The notes beneath the pieces were generated by a model, which ran no database searches, was not told the DNA's origin, and saw only the letters and a program-made list of their open reading frames with translations. From contig JAYGFR010000265.1 of NCBI GenBank assembly GCA_046581755.1, forward strand, positions 1-23,092: DNA of 23,092 nt. Reading direction: 5' to 3'. This DNA is from Nitrospinota bacterium. Lineage in GTDB: Bacteria; UBA8248. Position numbers and translations under genes: made by a program. How positions within the stretch are numbered: the first letter of the stretch is position 1; every line of letters begins with the position of its first letter. Shown here one piece after another: positions 9,025 through 17,337 of this stretch.

Positions 9025-9747
9025 CTAGCGCGCGCGGTCTCCGGCGGCGGCGGGCGCCCCCAGTTTTTCAGCCAGCGCATCCAGGGTGAGGACCCACCCG
9101 AGCCGCCGCTGGATATTCGCGAGGGCGAAGCGGTGAAGATCCTCCCCGTAGGCCGAGGCGACACAATCCTCCGGCACCACCGCCCGGTAGCCCCGGCAGT
9201 AGGCGCCGAAGACCGAGGCGAGGACGCATGTGTTCGTGTTGCAGCCGGCGATGAGGAGGGTATCGCAGCCCAGGCCGCGCAACAAACCCTCGAGCTGGGT
9301 GCCGTAGAACATATCGAACGTGCGCTTGCTTCCGATGAGATAGTCCTCCGGGCGCACGTCGAGATCGGGCATGAATTCTCCTTCGGGCGAGCCGGGCAAT
9401 TTGTGCCGGGAGAAATCGCTCTCCCGGTGCGGGGTGAACGATACCTTCGATTCGAGCATGGCCCGCTCGAAGGGATGCTTGCCCAGCAGGGGCTCCTCGT
9501 AGACCGTGTAGACGTGGATCACGGGCGCACCCGCCCGCCGGGCGAGGGCGAGCATGCGGTTCGTCCCGGCAATCACGCGCTCGCACTCGGCCTCGGGAAC
9601 CGGCAGCGAGGCGATGGCGGGCTCGAGGTTTCCCCGCTGGCAGTCGATGGTGATCGCGGCGGTTTTTCCCGACTCCAGGCGCAGGGCCGCGTTCATTTTT
9701 TCCGCCAGGGCCGTGCGGCCGGCCGGCGCAACCGAATCGTTGTCCAT
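9025..9747 (-). CDS. Isochorismatase-family cysteine hydrolase
   Basis: Catalytic triad motifs IDCQ (Asp), SKRTFDMFYGTQL (Lys) and GCNTNTCV (Cys). GGAGGG RBS before ATG 9747. Confidence 0.9.
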   Translation of the reverse strand: MDNDSVAPAGRTALAEKMNAALRLESGKTAAITIDCQRGNLEPAIASLPVPEAECERVIAGTNRMLALARRAGAPVIHVYTVYEEPLLGKHPFERAMLESKVSFTPHRESDFSRHKLPGSPEGEFMPDLDVRPEDYLIGSKRTFDMFYGTQLEGLLRGLGCDTLLIAGCNTNTCVLASVFGAYCRGYRAVVPEDCVASAYGEDLHRFALANIQRRLGWVLTLDALAEKLGAPAAAGDRAR

Positions 9748-9787
9748 GGCATTTCCCTCCTTGAACGGGCCTCGTTGATTCGGCCCA

Positions 9788-9862
9788 GTATGGCCGGTCG
9801 AGGCATGGCCGGCCGCGATATGACCGGCTGCGGCGCCGCGCCCGTCCACGGTATGGCCGGTC
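9788..9862. repeat. Degenerate 15-bp tandem repeat (3 copies plus a detached partial copy)
   Basis: GTATGGCCGGTCGAG (9788), GCATGGCCGGCCGCG (9803), ATATGACCGGCTGCG (9818), and GTATGGCCGGTC again at 9851-9862 over the permease stop codon. Confidence 0.7.
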
Positions 9863-12001
9863 AACTTGCAGCGGCGAGGTCCGGCGATCTCCACTGCCAG
9901 AGAAAGATTCCGCCCAGCAGGGCGGCCCCGACCACGTTCAGGGCATATCCCGAAACGCCTCCCCGGAAAATAAACTGCGCGGGCGTGAAGCTAAGGGCCG
10001 CCGCCCCTCCCAGGACGATCCACTCGAGGATACTCGTTTTCCTCGCCAGGTATCCCATCGTCCAGGCCGATAATGCGAGCGTGCCGATCAAGGCCGAGAC
10101 CATAACCCAAATGACGAGGCCGGCCGAACCCGCCAGCAAAATCGGAGTATATGCGAACAGCAAAGGAACAACATAGAGCATCTTGGCGAACCGGAAGCTC
10201 ATCCAGCCCGTCTTCCAGGGATCGGCCCCGGCGATGGAGGCGGCGACATAGGCGCCCAAGCAGACGGGGGGCGTGATGTTCGAGTCCTGGCTGAGCCAGA
10301 AGACGATCATATGGGCGGCGATGAGGGGTACGCCCAGATTTTCCAGCGCCGGGTCCGCCAGTACGACGAGGACGAGATAGGAGGCCGTGATCGGGAGCGC
10401 CATCCCCAGAACCAGAGACGCGACCGCGACCAGGAAAATGCGAACAGGAGGCTCCCCCCCGAAAAGGCGACCAGCAAATAACTCATCTTCAGGCCAAGGC
10501 CCGTCAGGGCGACCATGCCCACGATGATGCCGACCGCGGCGGCGGCCGATCCGACGATCAGGGAGTTCTCGGTCCCCTCGATGAACGAGGCGGCGATCCC
10601 CCGTAAATCCATTTTTTCCTTGGGCACGGGAAACGTATCCGGAGAGAACCGGGACAAGCCCACCCGGATCCAGTTGATTATGATGATGGAGAAAATGGCC
10701 ATGGCCGCGCACCAATCCGGCAAATAGCCCGCGATCAAAAACGCCAGCAGGATGATCAGAGGGAGCAGGTGGAACCACCCTTCCCTGAAAACCTCCATCG
10801 AACGGCGAAGGTCCTCCTCGGCCATCCCGCTGATTCCGTTCCGCTTCGCCTCGAAGTGGACGATAAATCCGATGGAAAGAAGGTAAAGGAGCGCGGGGAC
10901 GGCGGCGATGGCCATGATCCGGACGTAGGGCACCCCCGTAATTTCCGCCATCACGAACGCCCCCGAGCCCATGACGGGCGGAAGAAGCTGGCCCCCGAGC
11001 GAGGGCGCTGTTTTCCACCGCCCCGGCCACCTGGGGGCGGAACCCCACTTTTTTCATGAGCGGGATGGTGAAGGTGCCCGTCGATACGATGTTGGCGATG
11101 CGGCTCCCCGATATGGAGCCGAATATCGCCGAGGCCAGGACCGCCACCTTGGCGGGGCCCCCCGCCGACCGGCCCGCCAGGGAGAGGGGCAAATCGATGA
11201 AAAACCGGCCCATTCCCGAGCGGTTCATGAAGGCGCCCAGATAGATGAATATCAGGACATAGGTCGCCATCACGCCCGTCATGACGCCGAAAATGCCTTC
11301 CTGGGAGTAGAAGGTGTAGTTCACGATTTGGTGGACCGTCGAGCCCCGGTGGGAGAGCTGGCCCGGGAAAATCCACCCGAAATGGGCATAGAGGAGCGCG
11401 AAAGCGGCGATGGCCGGTATCCAAAGACTCAGCCCCGCCTCGCGGATTCGAGCGAGAGCCCGATGGCCAAAAACGCCATCCAGAAATCGGTGGATGTCCA
11501 GGCGCCCATCCAGTCCTGGAGCTCAAGATAGTGGTAAATGAAATATCCCAGGCACAGGATCGCCAGCCCTTTGAGGGCGAAATTGATCGCCTGGGGCCTG
11601 CGGAGGGAGACGGCGGCCACCCCGGCGGCGGCGGCCCACCCGATCCAGTCGGCGGCGGCGACCCCTTTTTCGGAAACGGCGTCCGCCCTCCAGATGGAAT
11701 AGGCGATCAGGGCTGTGAGCCCCGCCGCCAGCAGGAGGTCCGCCCGGCTGGGCGGGCGCCAGGGCGCACCCTTCCGGCCGGGGAAAAGAAGCAGGGTGAG
11801 AATCCAGGTGACGAGGGTATAGAAGCCGAGATGGAAATTCTCCTCGGAATTTCCCGGTCCGGCGGACCAGACGGCGAATAACCCGAGCGCAACGGCCATG
11901 CCGCGGTAGAGCCATGCCCAGCCGCCCGTGAGCTGCGAAGCGCGGCTGCCCCCGGCAGCGGGCGAAGCCGTTTGAGAAGTATCTTCGATTGCCGCCATCA
12001 T
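9861..12001 (-). pseudogene. TAXI-type TRAP transporter fused (4TM/12TM) permease, three single-base frameshifts
   Basis: GGPAKVAVLAS, GTFTIPLMKK, PPVMGSGAFVMAE, LGMALPITASY, AHMIVFWLSQDSNITPPVC motifs spread over different frames. Shifts at ~11433 (-1), ~11004 (+1) and ~10440 (-1). Repairing them gives one 713-aa ORF. Confidence 0.9.
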
Positions 12002-12013
12002 GCCCCCGGAAAC

Positions 12014-12045
12014 GCCCCCCGCGCGGACCCGTCCCGCGGGGGGGC
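12014..12045. other. GC-rich intercistronic stem-loop between TAXI binding-protein and permease genes
   Basis: CCCCCCGCG-c-GGAC-cc-GTCC-CGCGGGGGG inverted repeat. No U-tract, so more likely an mRNA-stabilising hairpin than a terminator. Confidence 0.5.
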
Positions 12046-12068
12046 CGTTCATCCGCTACCGTATCCCG

Positions 12069-13064
12069 TTAAGGCATGATGTCCGCTGGAATCTTCTTGC
12101 CTTTTTCCTTCCAGAACCGGACGGCGCCGGGGTGGAGCGGCGCGTTGATCAGTTTCAGTACGTTGGCGATCGACAGTTCACTCGCCACCTTGCCGGCGGC
12201 GGAGAGGATGTATTTCATCCCCTTCTTCGAGTAGATGAGCGTCATAATCTTGTAGATCAAATCCGCCGAGACGTTCTTGTTGGCGATCATCACGCTTCCG
12301 GTCCCGAACGTGGGCATGTCCACGTTGACGTTCGGATAAACGCCCGCCGGAATTACCGTCGGCCCGTAATAGGGAAATTTCTTGTAGAATCCCGACTTCC
12401 TCGCGGGGGCGTCCATGTTGATGAAGCGGATCCACATCATGGTGGCCGTATCGCGGCTCATCGCGTTGCCCAGGCCTGGATGCCAGTTGTAGCCGATAAT
12501 TTTTCCGTTCCGCATCGCCTCGGGGCTTTTCCGCCCCAGGTAGACCGCCTTGAACGAACCCCAGATTCCCAGATGCTTGAGGAGGTTAGTGAGGTTCTTC
12601 GCCGATCCCGATCCGGGCCCGCCCATCGAAAGGGTTTTTCCCTTTAAATCGTAAACCGTTTTCACGGAGCTTTTCGCCGGAAGGAGAAGATGGCCCACGG
12701 AGCCGAAGAGATAGGTCATGGTCCGTAGATTTTTCTGGACCTTTTAATAATGGGCCAACCCGCGCGCGCCGAGATACGATTCGCTCGAAAAGGTAAGCGC
12801 CAGTTTGACCGCACCCGAATTCACCGAGCGGACGTTCTCGGAGGCTCCGGTCGAAGACTCCGAGGACACCTGAATCCCATCCATCTCCTTTGTCAGAAAG
12901 ATGGCATAGGCGCTCGTCCAGCGGTTATAGGCGCCCCGTATCTGACCGCCCTTCATGGTGATGCGTTTCTGGGCGGCGGCCGTATCCGCCGAAAGCCCGA
13001 TCGAACCCGCAACCAGCAACACCGCCGCAACCACTCCCAACATCCATCCGTATCTCGTCTTTAT
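12069..13064 (-). pseudogene. TAXI-family TRAP solute-binding protein, nonsense mutation and probable lost start codon
   Basis: Signal peptide, STGASENV, DLKGKTLSMGGPGSGS, IPAGVYP, PLHPGAVRFWKE. In-frame TAA at 12746-12744 (LAHY*KVQKNLR). AGGAGAGG RBS is followed by in-frame ATA (13064) rather than ATG; next ATG is 13043. Confidence 0.88.
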
Positions 13065-13126
13065 CTTTCCTCTCCTCCTGAAAATCTCCCAACCGTGCGC
13101 GCCGCCTCGGGCCGCGCGCCGTCTCC

Positions 13127-14290
13127 TCAGCGGGCGTCGATAAACACCCGCCGCGCATGTCCCTCGCCGAACTTTCCCTCCAGCGCGTCCCGGATCCAGT
13201 CCGCCACCGCCAGATAAAAATCGGGGAGCCTCGATCCGAGCGTGTGGGTTTCGTTCTCGTAGACCCAAAGCTCCTTCGGGCAGCCGAGCATCTCGAAGAG
13301 GCGCTCGGCGTCCTCGACCGGGCAAAGTTCGTCGAACTCCCCCATCGCCAGAAGCGTCGGGCACTTGATCTTCCCCGCGACCGGCTCCAGCGTCATCCGG
13401 TCCGCCATGGCGTCGAAGGCCTCCTCTTCATGGACATCGGACATGTACATATAGTTCGCCCGGTAGGCCGGCTTGCCGGTCTTGAAGAGGGGGTCCTTTC
13501 CGAGATAGACGCCCATCGCCCCGACGCACGCCTTGAGGCGATCGTCAAAGGCGGCGACGCGCGGACCCCAGTAGCTCCCCATGCTCCACCCGTAGAGGCC
13601 CACCCGCGAGGCGTCCACCTCCGGGCGGCCATCGAGATAATCGATGGCGGCCGAGCCCGCCCGCTCGAAGTTGTCCACCGTCACCCACGTCTCCCGGACG
13701 TTGCTCTCCCCCTGGCCGGGCCCGTCGATGCTGAGGGTGGCCATGCCCCGGCGGCGGAAATGATTGTGGTAGGGGCTGGGCATGTACTCCTTGATCGTGT
13801 CCATGCCCGGAACGATCAGCACGCAGGGCGCCCCCTCGACGCCCGGCACGGCCTGAAAGATGCCCGGAATCGATTTCCCGTTCTCGAAGGGGATCTCCAC
13901 CCGCTCCAGGGGCGCCTCCTCGAAGAGATCGATGAATTTCTCGTAGCAGGAGATCATCTTCCCGTAGAGCTCGATCTTTTGCGCGTTGTTTTTGTGGATC
14001 GTGCCGCAGGCGGGCCCGTAATAAAGGGCCGCCCGGTAGTAGAGCTCGGCCGCGCTCTCCCGGTGCCCCTCACTCTCGGCCCGCCGGGCGAAGGCTTCCT
14101 CCTGGGCCGCCGTCCGCACCCACTCCTTGACCACCGCCCCCGGAACCTTGATCCGCTCTGTCGTCCGCTTCACGTCGGCGGGCCGGAACCCCCACTCCAC
14201 GAACATCGTCGCGCGAAAACCGTATACATCGTGGACTTTATAAAACTCCTCGGTAATCCATTTGTGGCTCAAGCGGCTGCGGTCCGGCAT
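13127..14290 (-). CDS. Alpha/beta hydrolase (2,6-dihydroxypseudooxynicotine hydrolase / FrsA-like)
   Basis: PGMDTIKE, DGPGQGES, nucleophile elbow GWSMGSYW, GEFDEL (Asp), ETH (His). GAGAGG RBS. Confidence 0.9.
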   Translation of the reverse strand: MPDRSRLSHKWITEEFYKVHDVYGFRATMFVEWGFRPADVKRTTERIKVPGAVVKEWVRTAAQEEAFARRAESEGHRESAAELYYRAALYYGPACGTIHKNNAQKIELYGKMISCYEKFIDLFEEAPLERVEIPFENGKSIPGIFQAVPGVEGAPCVLIVPGMDTIKEYMPSPYHNHFRRRGMATLSIDGPGQGESNVRETWVTVDNFERAGSAAIDYLDGRPEVDASRVGLYGWSMGSYWGPRVAAFDDRLKACVGAMGVYLGKDPLFKTGKPAYRANYMYMSDVHEEEAFDAMADRMTLEPVAGKIKCPTLLAMGEFDELCPVEDAERLFEMLGCPKELWVYENETHTLGSRLPDFYLAVADWIRDALEGKFGEGHARRVFIDAR

Positions 14291-14750
14291 GGAAACGGCG
14301 CCCTCTCGGTGTGGCCGGTGGCTCCCGGCCTCCCGTCGCGAAGTGTATGAACGGTACCGTCACTATGGAGCGAATCCCCCGGAAGTCAATCCCGGCGGGC
14401 GATCCCGGGCCCGCGGCGGAAAATATCCGCCCCCCCCTCCTTGCCCGCCTTTTATTTTGCCGGTACCATACCAGCAAATATATTCACACCAGTTCATTTC
14501 ATGAATTCGGGGGGCGATCATGCCATCGCGCGCCGGTGGCGGTGAAGCGGCCGGGGAAGACTGAATGGCCCGGATTTTGAAAAAGGGAGAGCGTTCCCGC
14601 ATCATTCCGGTTAGAATGCGCCGGGAGAGACAGACCGCCGCGGCGAGGCGATGGCGGCCAGCCCAGCCCGGGCGCTCGAAGTTGTCCGCCAGGGGGCGCT
14701 CTTTGGGCCGAGTCTCTGAGCCAATTCTCTAGGCTGATTGGGAGAAAACC

Positions 14751-14888
14751 ATGGATATGCTGATCTTCATACTGATTCTGGGGGGGTTCATCCTCTTCAA
14801 GCGGCTTCCGGATGAGCAAAGGAAGCATATACTCCTGCGCCTCGAGTACGAACTCCACAAACGGGGATTTATCGAATACAGGGACTGA
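14751..14888 (+). CDS. Putative 45-aa single-pass membrane protein (not in ORF track)
   Basis: GGGAG RBS 6 nt before ATG. MDMLIFILILGGFILFKRLPDEQRKHILLRLEYELHKRGFIEYRD: hydrophobic N-terminal helix and charged tail. Confidence 0.6.
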   Translation: MDMLIFILILGGFILFKRLPDEQRKHILLRLEYELHKRGFIEYRD

Positions 14889-15090
14889 GGCAGACACCCC
14901 TCGACCCGCTTCCGCCCGGGCGCTAGACTCATTTTTCCCCCGGACATCCTCCCACCCTACTGATCGTTAGGGAAGAAGACTAGCTGTACACCTAGAGCAT
15001 TCAGACAAATCCATCTCCTCCCACGAGAGGCTCTTTCCGAGAACAGGCCAAGTTCTTTTCTGTGATTACAAGGGGCGGACAGAGCCCGAG

Positions 15091-15420
15091 ATGGTGAAGC
15101 GGAGGCCAGTAATCTTAATCTCAAGATATCGGAGATTCGACCCCGGAACATGCACGATCGTCCCTCTGAGCAAAACCGCGCCCCGCCAAATCGAAACCCA
15201 CCATTACAAGATGCCGGAGGGTATTCTCCCGGCAGAGATGGATAATGGAGATTCTTGGGTAAAATGCGACATGATTGACACCGTTTGCTATCAAAGGCTC
15301 AATCTGGTCCGAACCAAATGGGTGAATAGGCAATGGCAGTATTTTACCGCGGTCCTGCCATCCGAGGTGATGGCCGGGATTCAGGATTGCGTGCGCCATG
15401 CTCTCTATCTACATAACTGA
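15091..15420 (+). CDS. PemK/MazF-superfamily endoribonuclease toxin, YifN-like
   Basis: EPEMVKRRPVILIS, CTIVPLSKTAP, WVKCDMIDTVCYQRL motifs. Family-like sequence (FPRTGQVLFCDY) continues in frame upstream to ~15031 without a canonical start codon. Confidence 0.85.
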   Translation: MVKRRPVILISRYRRFDPGTCTIVPLSKTAPRQIETHHYKMPEGILPAEMDNGDSWVKCDMIDTVCYQRLNLVRTKWVNRQWQYFTAVLPSEVMAGIQDCVRHALYLHN

Positions 15421-15455
15421 TATTAAAGGGTTTATAATTTTGTGGTACAAATGTA

Positions 15456-15484
15456 TCCACAGAGCCGATAAATTGATGTAGATT
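15456..15484 (+). promoter_or_regulatory. Sigma70-like promoter for the downstream RNA
   Basis: TCCACA (15456-15461), 17-nt spacer, TAGATT (15479-15484), predicting a start near G15491. A perfect TATAAT (15433-15438) and the imperfect palindrome TGTGGTACA-aa-TGTAtCCACA (15441-15461) lie just upstream. Confidence 0.5.
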
Positions 15485-15490
15485 AATAGT

Positions 15491-15626
15491 GTCACCGCTT
15501 CGGAGGGCATGGAAGACCGTCCCTAACCGGGCGGCAGGCCCCACAATATGGCAACGACAAGCCTAGTGGGGTCTCAGATGTACGGTGTCCCTGAAACCAT
15601 GCCCTCGGGCGGGGTTTCAGGGTTAT
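15491..15626 (+). ncRNA. Candidate structured small RNA downstream of the PemK-like toxin
   Basis: Consecutive hairpins: cUUCGg hairpin (15491-15508); CCGTCC/GGGCGG (15517-15534); AGGCCCCAC/GTGGGGTCT (15536-15574) with inner GGC-AACGACAA-GCC; then a terminator-like hairpin. No credible ORF. Confidence 0.6.
15589..15626 (+). terminator. Intrinsic terminator-like hairpin
   Basis: Perfect 10-bp inverted repeat CCCTGAAACC (15589-15598) / GGTTTCAGGG (15613-15622) with inner GCCC/GGGC. Short TTAT tail, so the U-tract is weak. Confidence 0.6.
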
Positions 15627-15783
15627 GGACGCACCGGTTCGGGATACCGGATATCCGTATTTCCAAATTTTCAAAAAAAAATAGAATCTAACCAACCCCG
15701 CCCCCGCATGATCGCTGAATTCCCCGGTGGCGGCGGGAGTGAAAATCCCGCCCAAAGGGCCCCTCCCCGCCTCCACCCAAACC

Positions 15784-16764
15784 CTAGACGCAGTGGGGCA
15801 GGACCTCCTTGGCGAAAAGCTCCAGCGATTCGTCGAAATCCTGGGAGGGGGGGTCGATCATGATGCTTTTCACCCCGAAGCTTTCGATCTCCTTGATGCG
15901 CCGGACGCAGTCCTCGGGGGTGCCGGTGATGGTGAATCGGTCGAGGATGTAGTCGGTGATCAGGGGGATGTGTTTGGGGTGGCGCCAGTTGGTCACGTCA
16001 AAATTGTCGAGAAGGTTTTGGATCTCGGGCCGGAACTCCTCGGGGACGGAGTCGAGGGTCATCCTGAAGTTGTGATGCGCCCGGTTGGCGACGCGGGGGC
16101 GGACCTTTTCGCGGGCGGCGCGGGCGTCGCGGTCCACGGAGACGACGGCGCCAAAGATGATGTCCATCTCGCCGAGGCCGGCCTGGCGCTCGGCGATCCC
16201 CGCGTTCAGGTGTTTCATCGCCCATTCGACGGTTTCCTTGTAGACGCCGGAGCCGACGATGACGCCGTCGGCGATTTCACCGGACATCCGGAGGGTCTTG
16301 GGGCCCTCGGCGGAGGTGTAGACGGGGATGTCGCGCTGGCTCCAGATGTTGACGTTGACGCCTTCGGCGTATTCGACCGTCTCGCCCCGAGTGAGGCTTC
16401 TGATCTGGTGGATGGCGGTGCGCATGGAGGCGAGGCGGGCCATCTTTTTCCCGAGGGTGTAGACGGGGGTGTCGCCGGAGCCGATGCCGAAGAGGACGCG
16501 CCCGCCGGCGAGTTCATCGAGGGTGGCGATGGCGCTGGCGGAGACGGAGTTGTCGTGCAGAACGGGGTTGGTGACGCCGGGGCCGATCGGGATGGTGGAG
16601 GTGTTCATGATAGCGACGGCGAGGGCGACGTTGTGATCCCGGCAGGTGAGGTGGCTTTCGGCCACCCAGACCTGGACAAATCCGCTGTCCTCGGCGAATT
16701 TGGCGCGTTTGGCGAGGAGGGGGATGTCGTCGGGGACGAGGTGAAGGCTGAAGCTGACTCCCAT
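15784..16764 (-). CDS. LLM-class flavin/F420-dependent oxidoreductase (Mer-like)
   Basis: AEDSGF..VWVAES, IGPGVTNP..H, ATLDELAGGRVLFGIGSGD, AEGPKTLRMSGEIADGVI, ITGTPEDC, FAKEVLP. AAGGAG RBS before ATG 16764. The ORF-track extension to 17319 is non-coding. Confidence 0.92.
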   Translation of the reverse strand: MGVSFSLHLVPDDIPLLAKRAKFAEDSGFVQVWVAESHLTCRDHNVALAVAIMNTSTIPIGPGVTNPVLHDNSVSASAIATLDELAGGRVLFGIGSGDTPVYTLGKKMARLASMRTAIHQIRSLTRGETVEYAEGVNVNIWSQRDIPVYTSAEGPKTLRMSGEIADGVIVGSGVYKETVEWAMKHLNAGIAERQAGLGEMDIIFGAVVSVDRDARAAREKVRPRVANRAHHNFRMTLDSVPEEFRPEIQNLLDNFDVTNWRHPKHIPLITDYILDRFTITGTPEDCVRRIKEIESFGVKSIMIDPPSQDFDESLELFAKEVLPHCV

Positions 16765-16813
16765 GATGGTGGCTCCTTGGATGAGGGAGGCGGCGCCGAG
16801 GCCGCCAATCAAT

Positions 16814-16972
16814 AAAAAACGGCGCCGGCAAATTTCAGGAATTTGGCGATAAACCGCACCGGCAAAATCGGCATCGTCAAAAATCAGTATCGTCAAATTC
16901 AACACCTTCCGAAAAACGGCATCGCAAAAACCTGCATCGCAAAACCCGGTGCTGGCAAAAAACGGCGTTGGC
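16814..16972. repeat. Degenerate 15-16-bp tandem array, ~10 units, consensus about AAAAACGGCATCGGC
   Basis: Units: aaaaaacggcgccggc, aaatttcaggaatttggc, gataaaccgcaccggc, aaaatcggcatcgtc, aaaaatcagtatcgtc, aaattcaacaccttcc, gaaaaacggcatcgc, aaaaacctgcatcgc, aaaacccggtgctggc, aaaaaacggcgttggc. Confidence 0.75.
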
Positions 16973-17270
16973 CCGAAATGTTCCGGACAAGACCTCCCGG
17001 CGAGCCGCTCGGGCCTGAACCTCGACCCAATTTCCGGATGAGCGCATCCTAACGCGGGGGCGCGGGATTCAAAAGGGGGCGAGAGCGTGGCCGGGCCGGA
17101 ATTCGTGTGATATTCTCGGTGCTCCGGACAGCATGGAACGAACATCCACGGAGGGGCGGGGCATACCCCCCGGTGCGGATTCGCCTGGTGGGGCGCGATG
17201 GCCGAATGTGGCCGGGCGCGAATCATGGCGCAGGTTTTTGTCAGTTTGGCGGCGTCTGGCGGCAGTTGGG

Positions 17271-17337
17271 GGCATATAGGGGCCGGGCGAATCCATGCGC
17301 GGGTCCTGTCTTTTGGCATTTAGGGGCCGTGCGAATC
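17271..17337. repeat. 23-bp direct repeat, 44-bp period, upstream of the TPP enzyme gene
   Basis: GGCATATAGGGGCCGGGCGAATC (17271-17293) and GGCATTTAGGGGCCGTGCGAATC (17315-17337), 21/23 identical. Confidence 0.75.

Noticed and set aside
8179..10176. 665-aa plus-strand ORF and similar long antisense ORFs (3794-5521, 13157-14350, 15727-16815, 17320-18696)
   Set aside because: Shadow frames of real genes in high-GC DNA, with no recognisable motifs.
9861..12001. Programmed frameshifting in the TRAP permease
   Set aside because: Three shifts in both directions with no slippery heptamers, and the partner gene carries a nonsense codon.
14461..14473. GGTA-cca-TACC palindrome upstream of the hydrolase operon as a regulator site
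   Set aside because: Too short to distinguish from chance, and no regulator gene is in the window.
14499..14947. Minus-strand ORFs 14499-14897 and 14729-14947 as a protein antitoxin
   Set aside because: Opposite orientation to the toxin, no AbrB/RHH/HTH pattern, and they overlap the better-supported 45-aa plus-strand ORF.
15585..15863. 92-aa ORF downstream of the toxin as an antitoxin
   Set aside because: Starts inside the terminator hairpin, lacks an RBS, is low-complexity and overlaps the LLM gene end.
16814..16972. Possible CRISPR array
   Set aside because: Units are 15-16 bp, degenerate and abutting, with no spacers and no cas genes.
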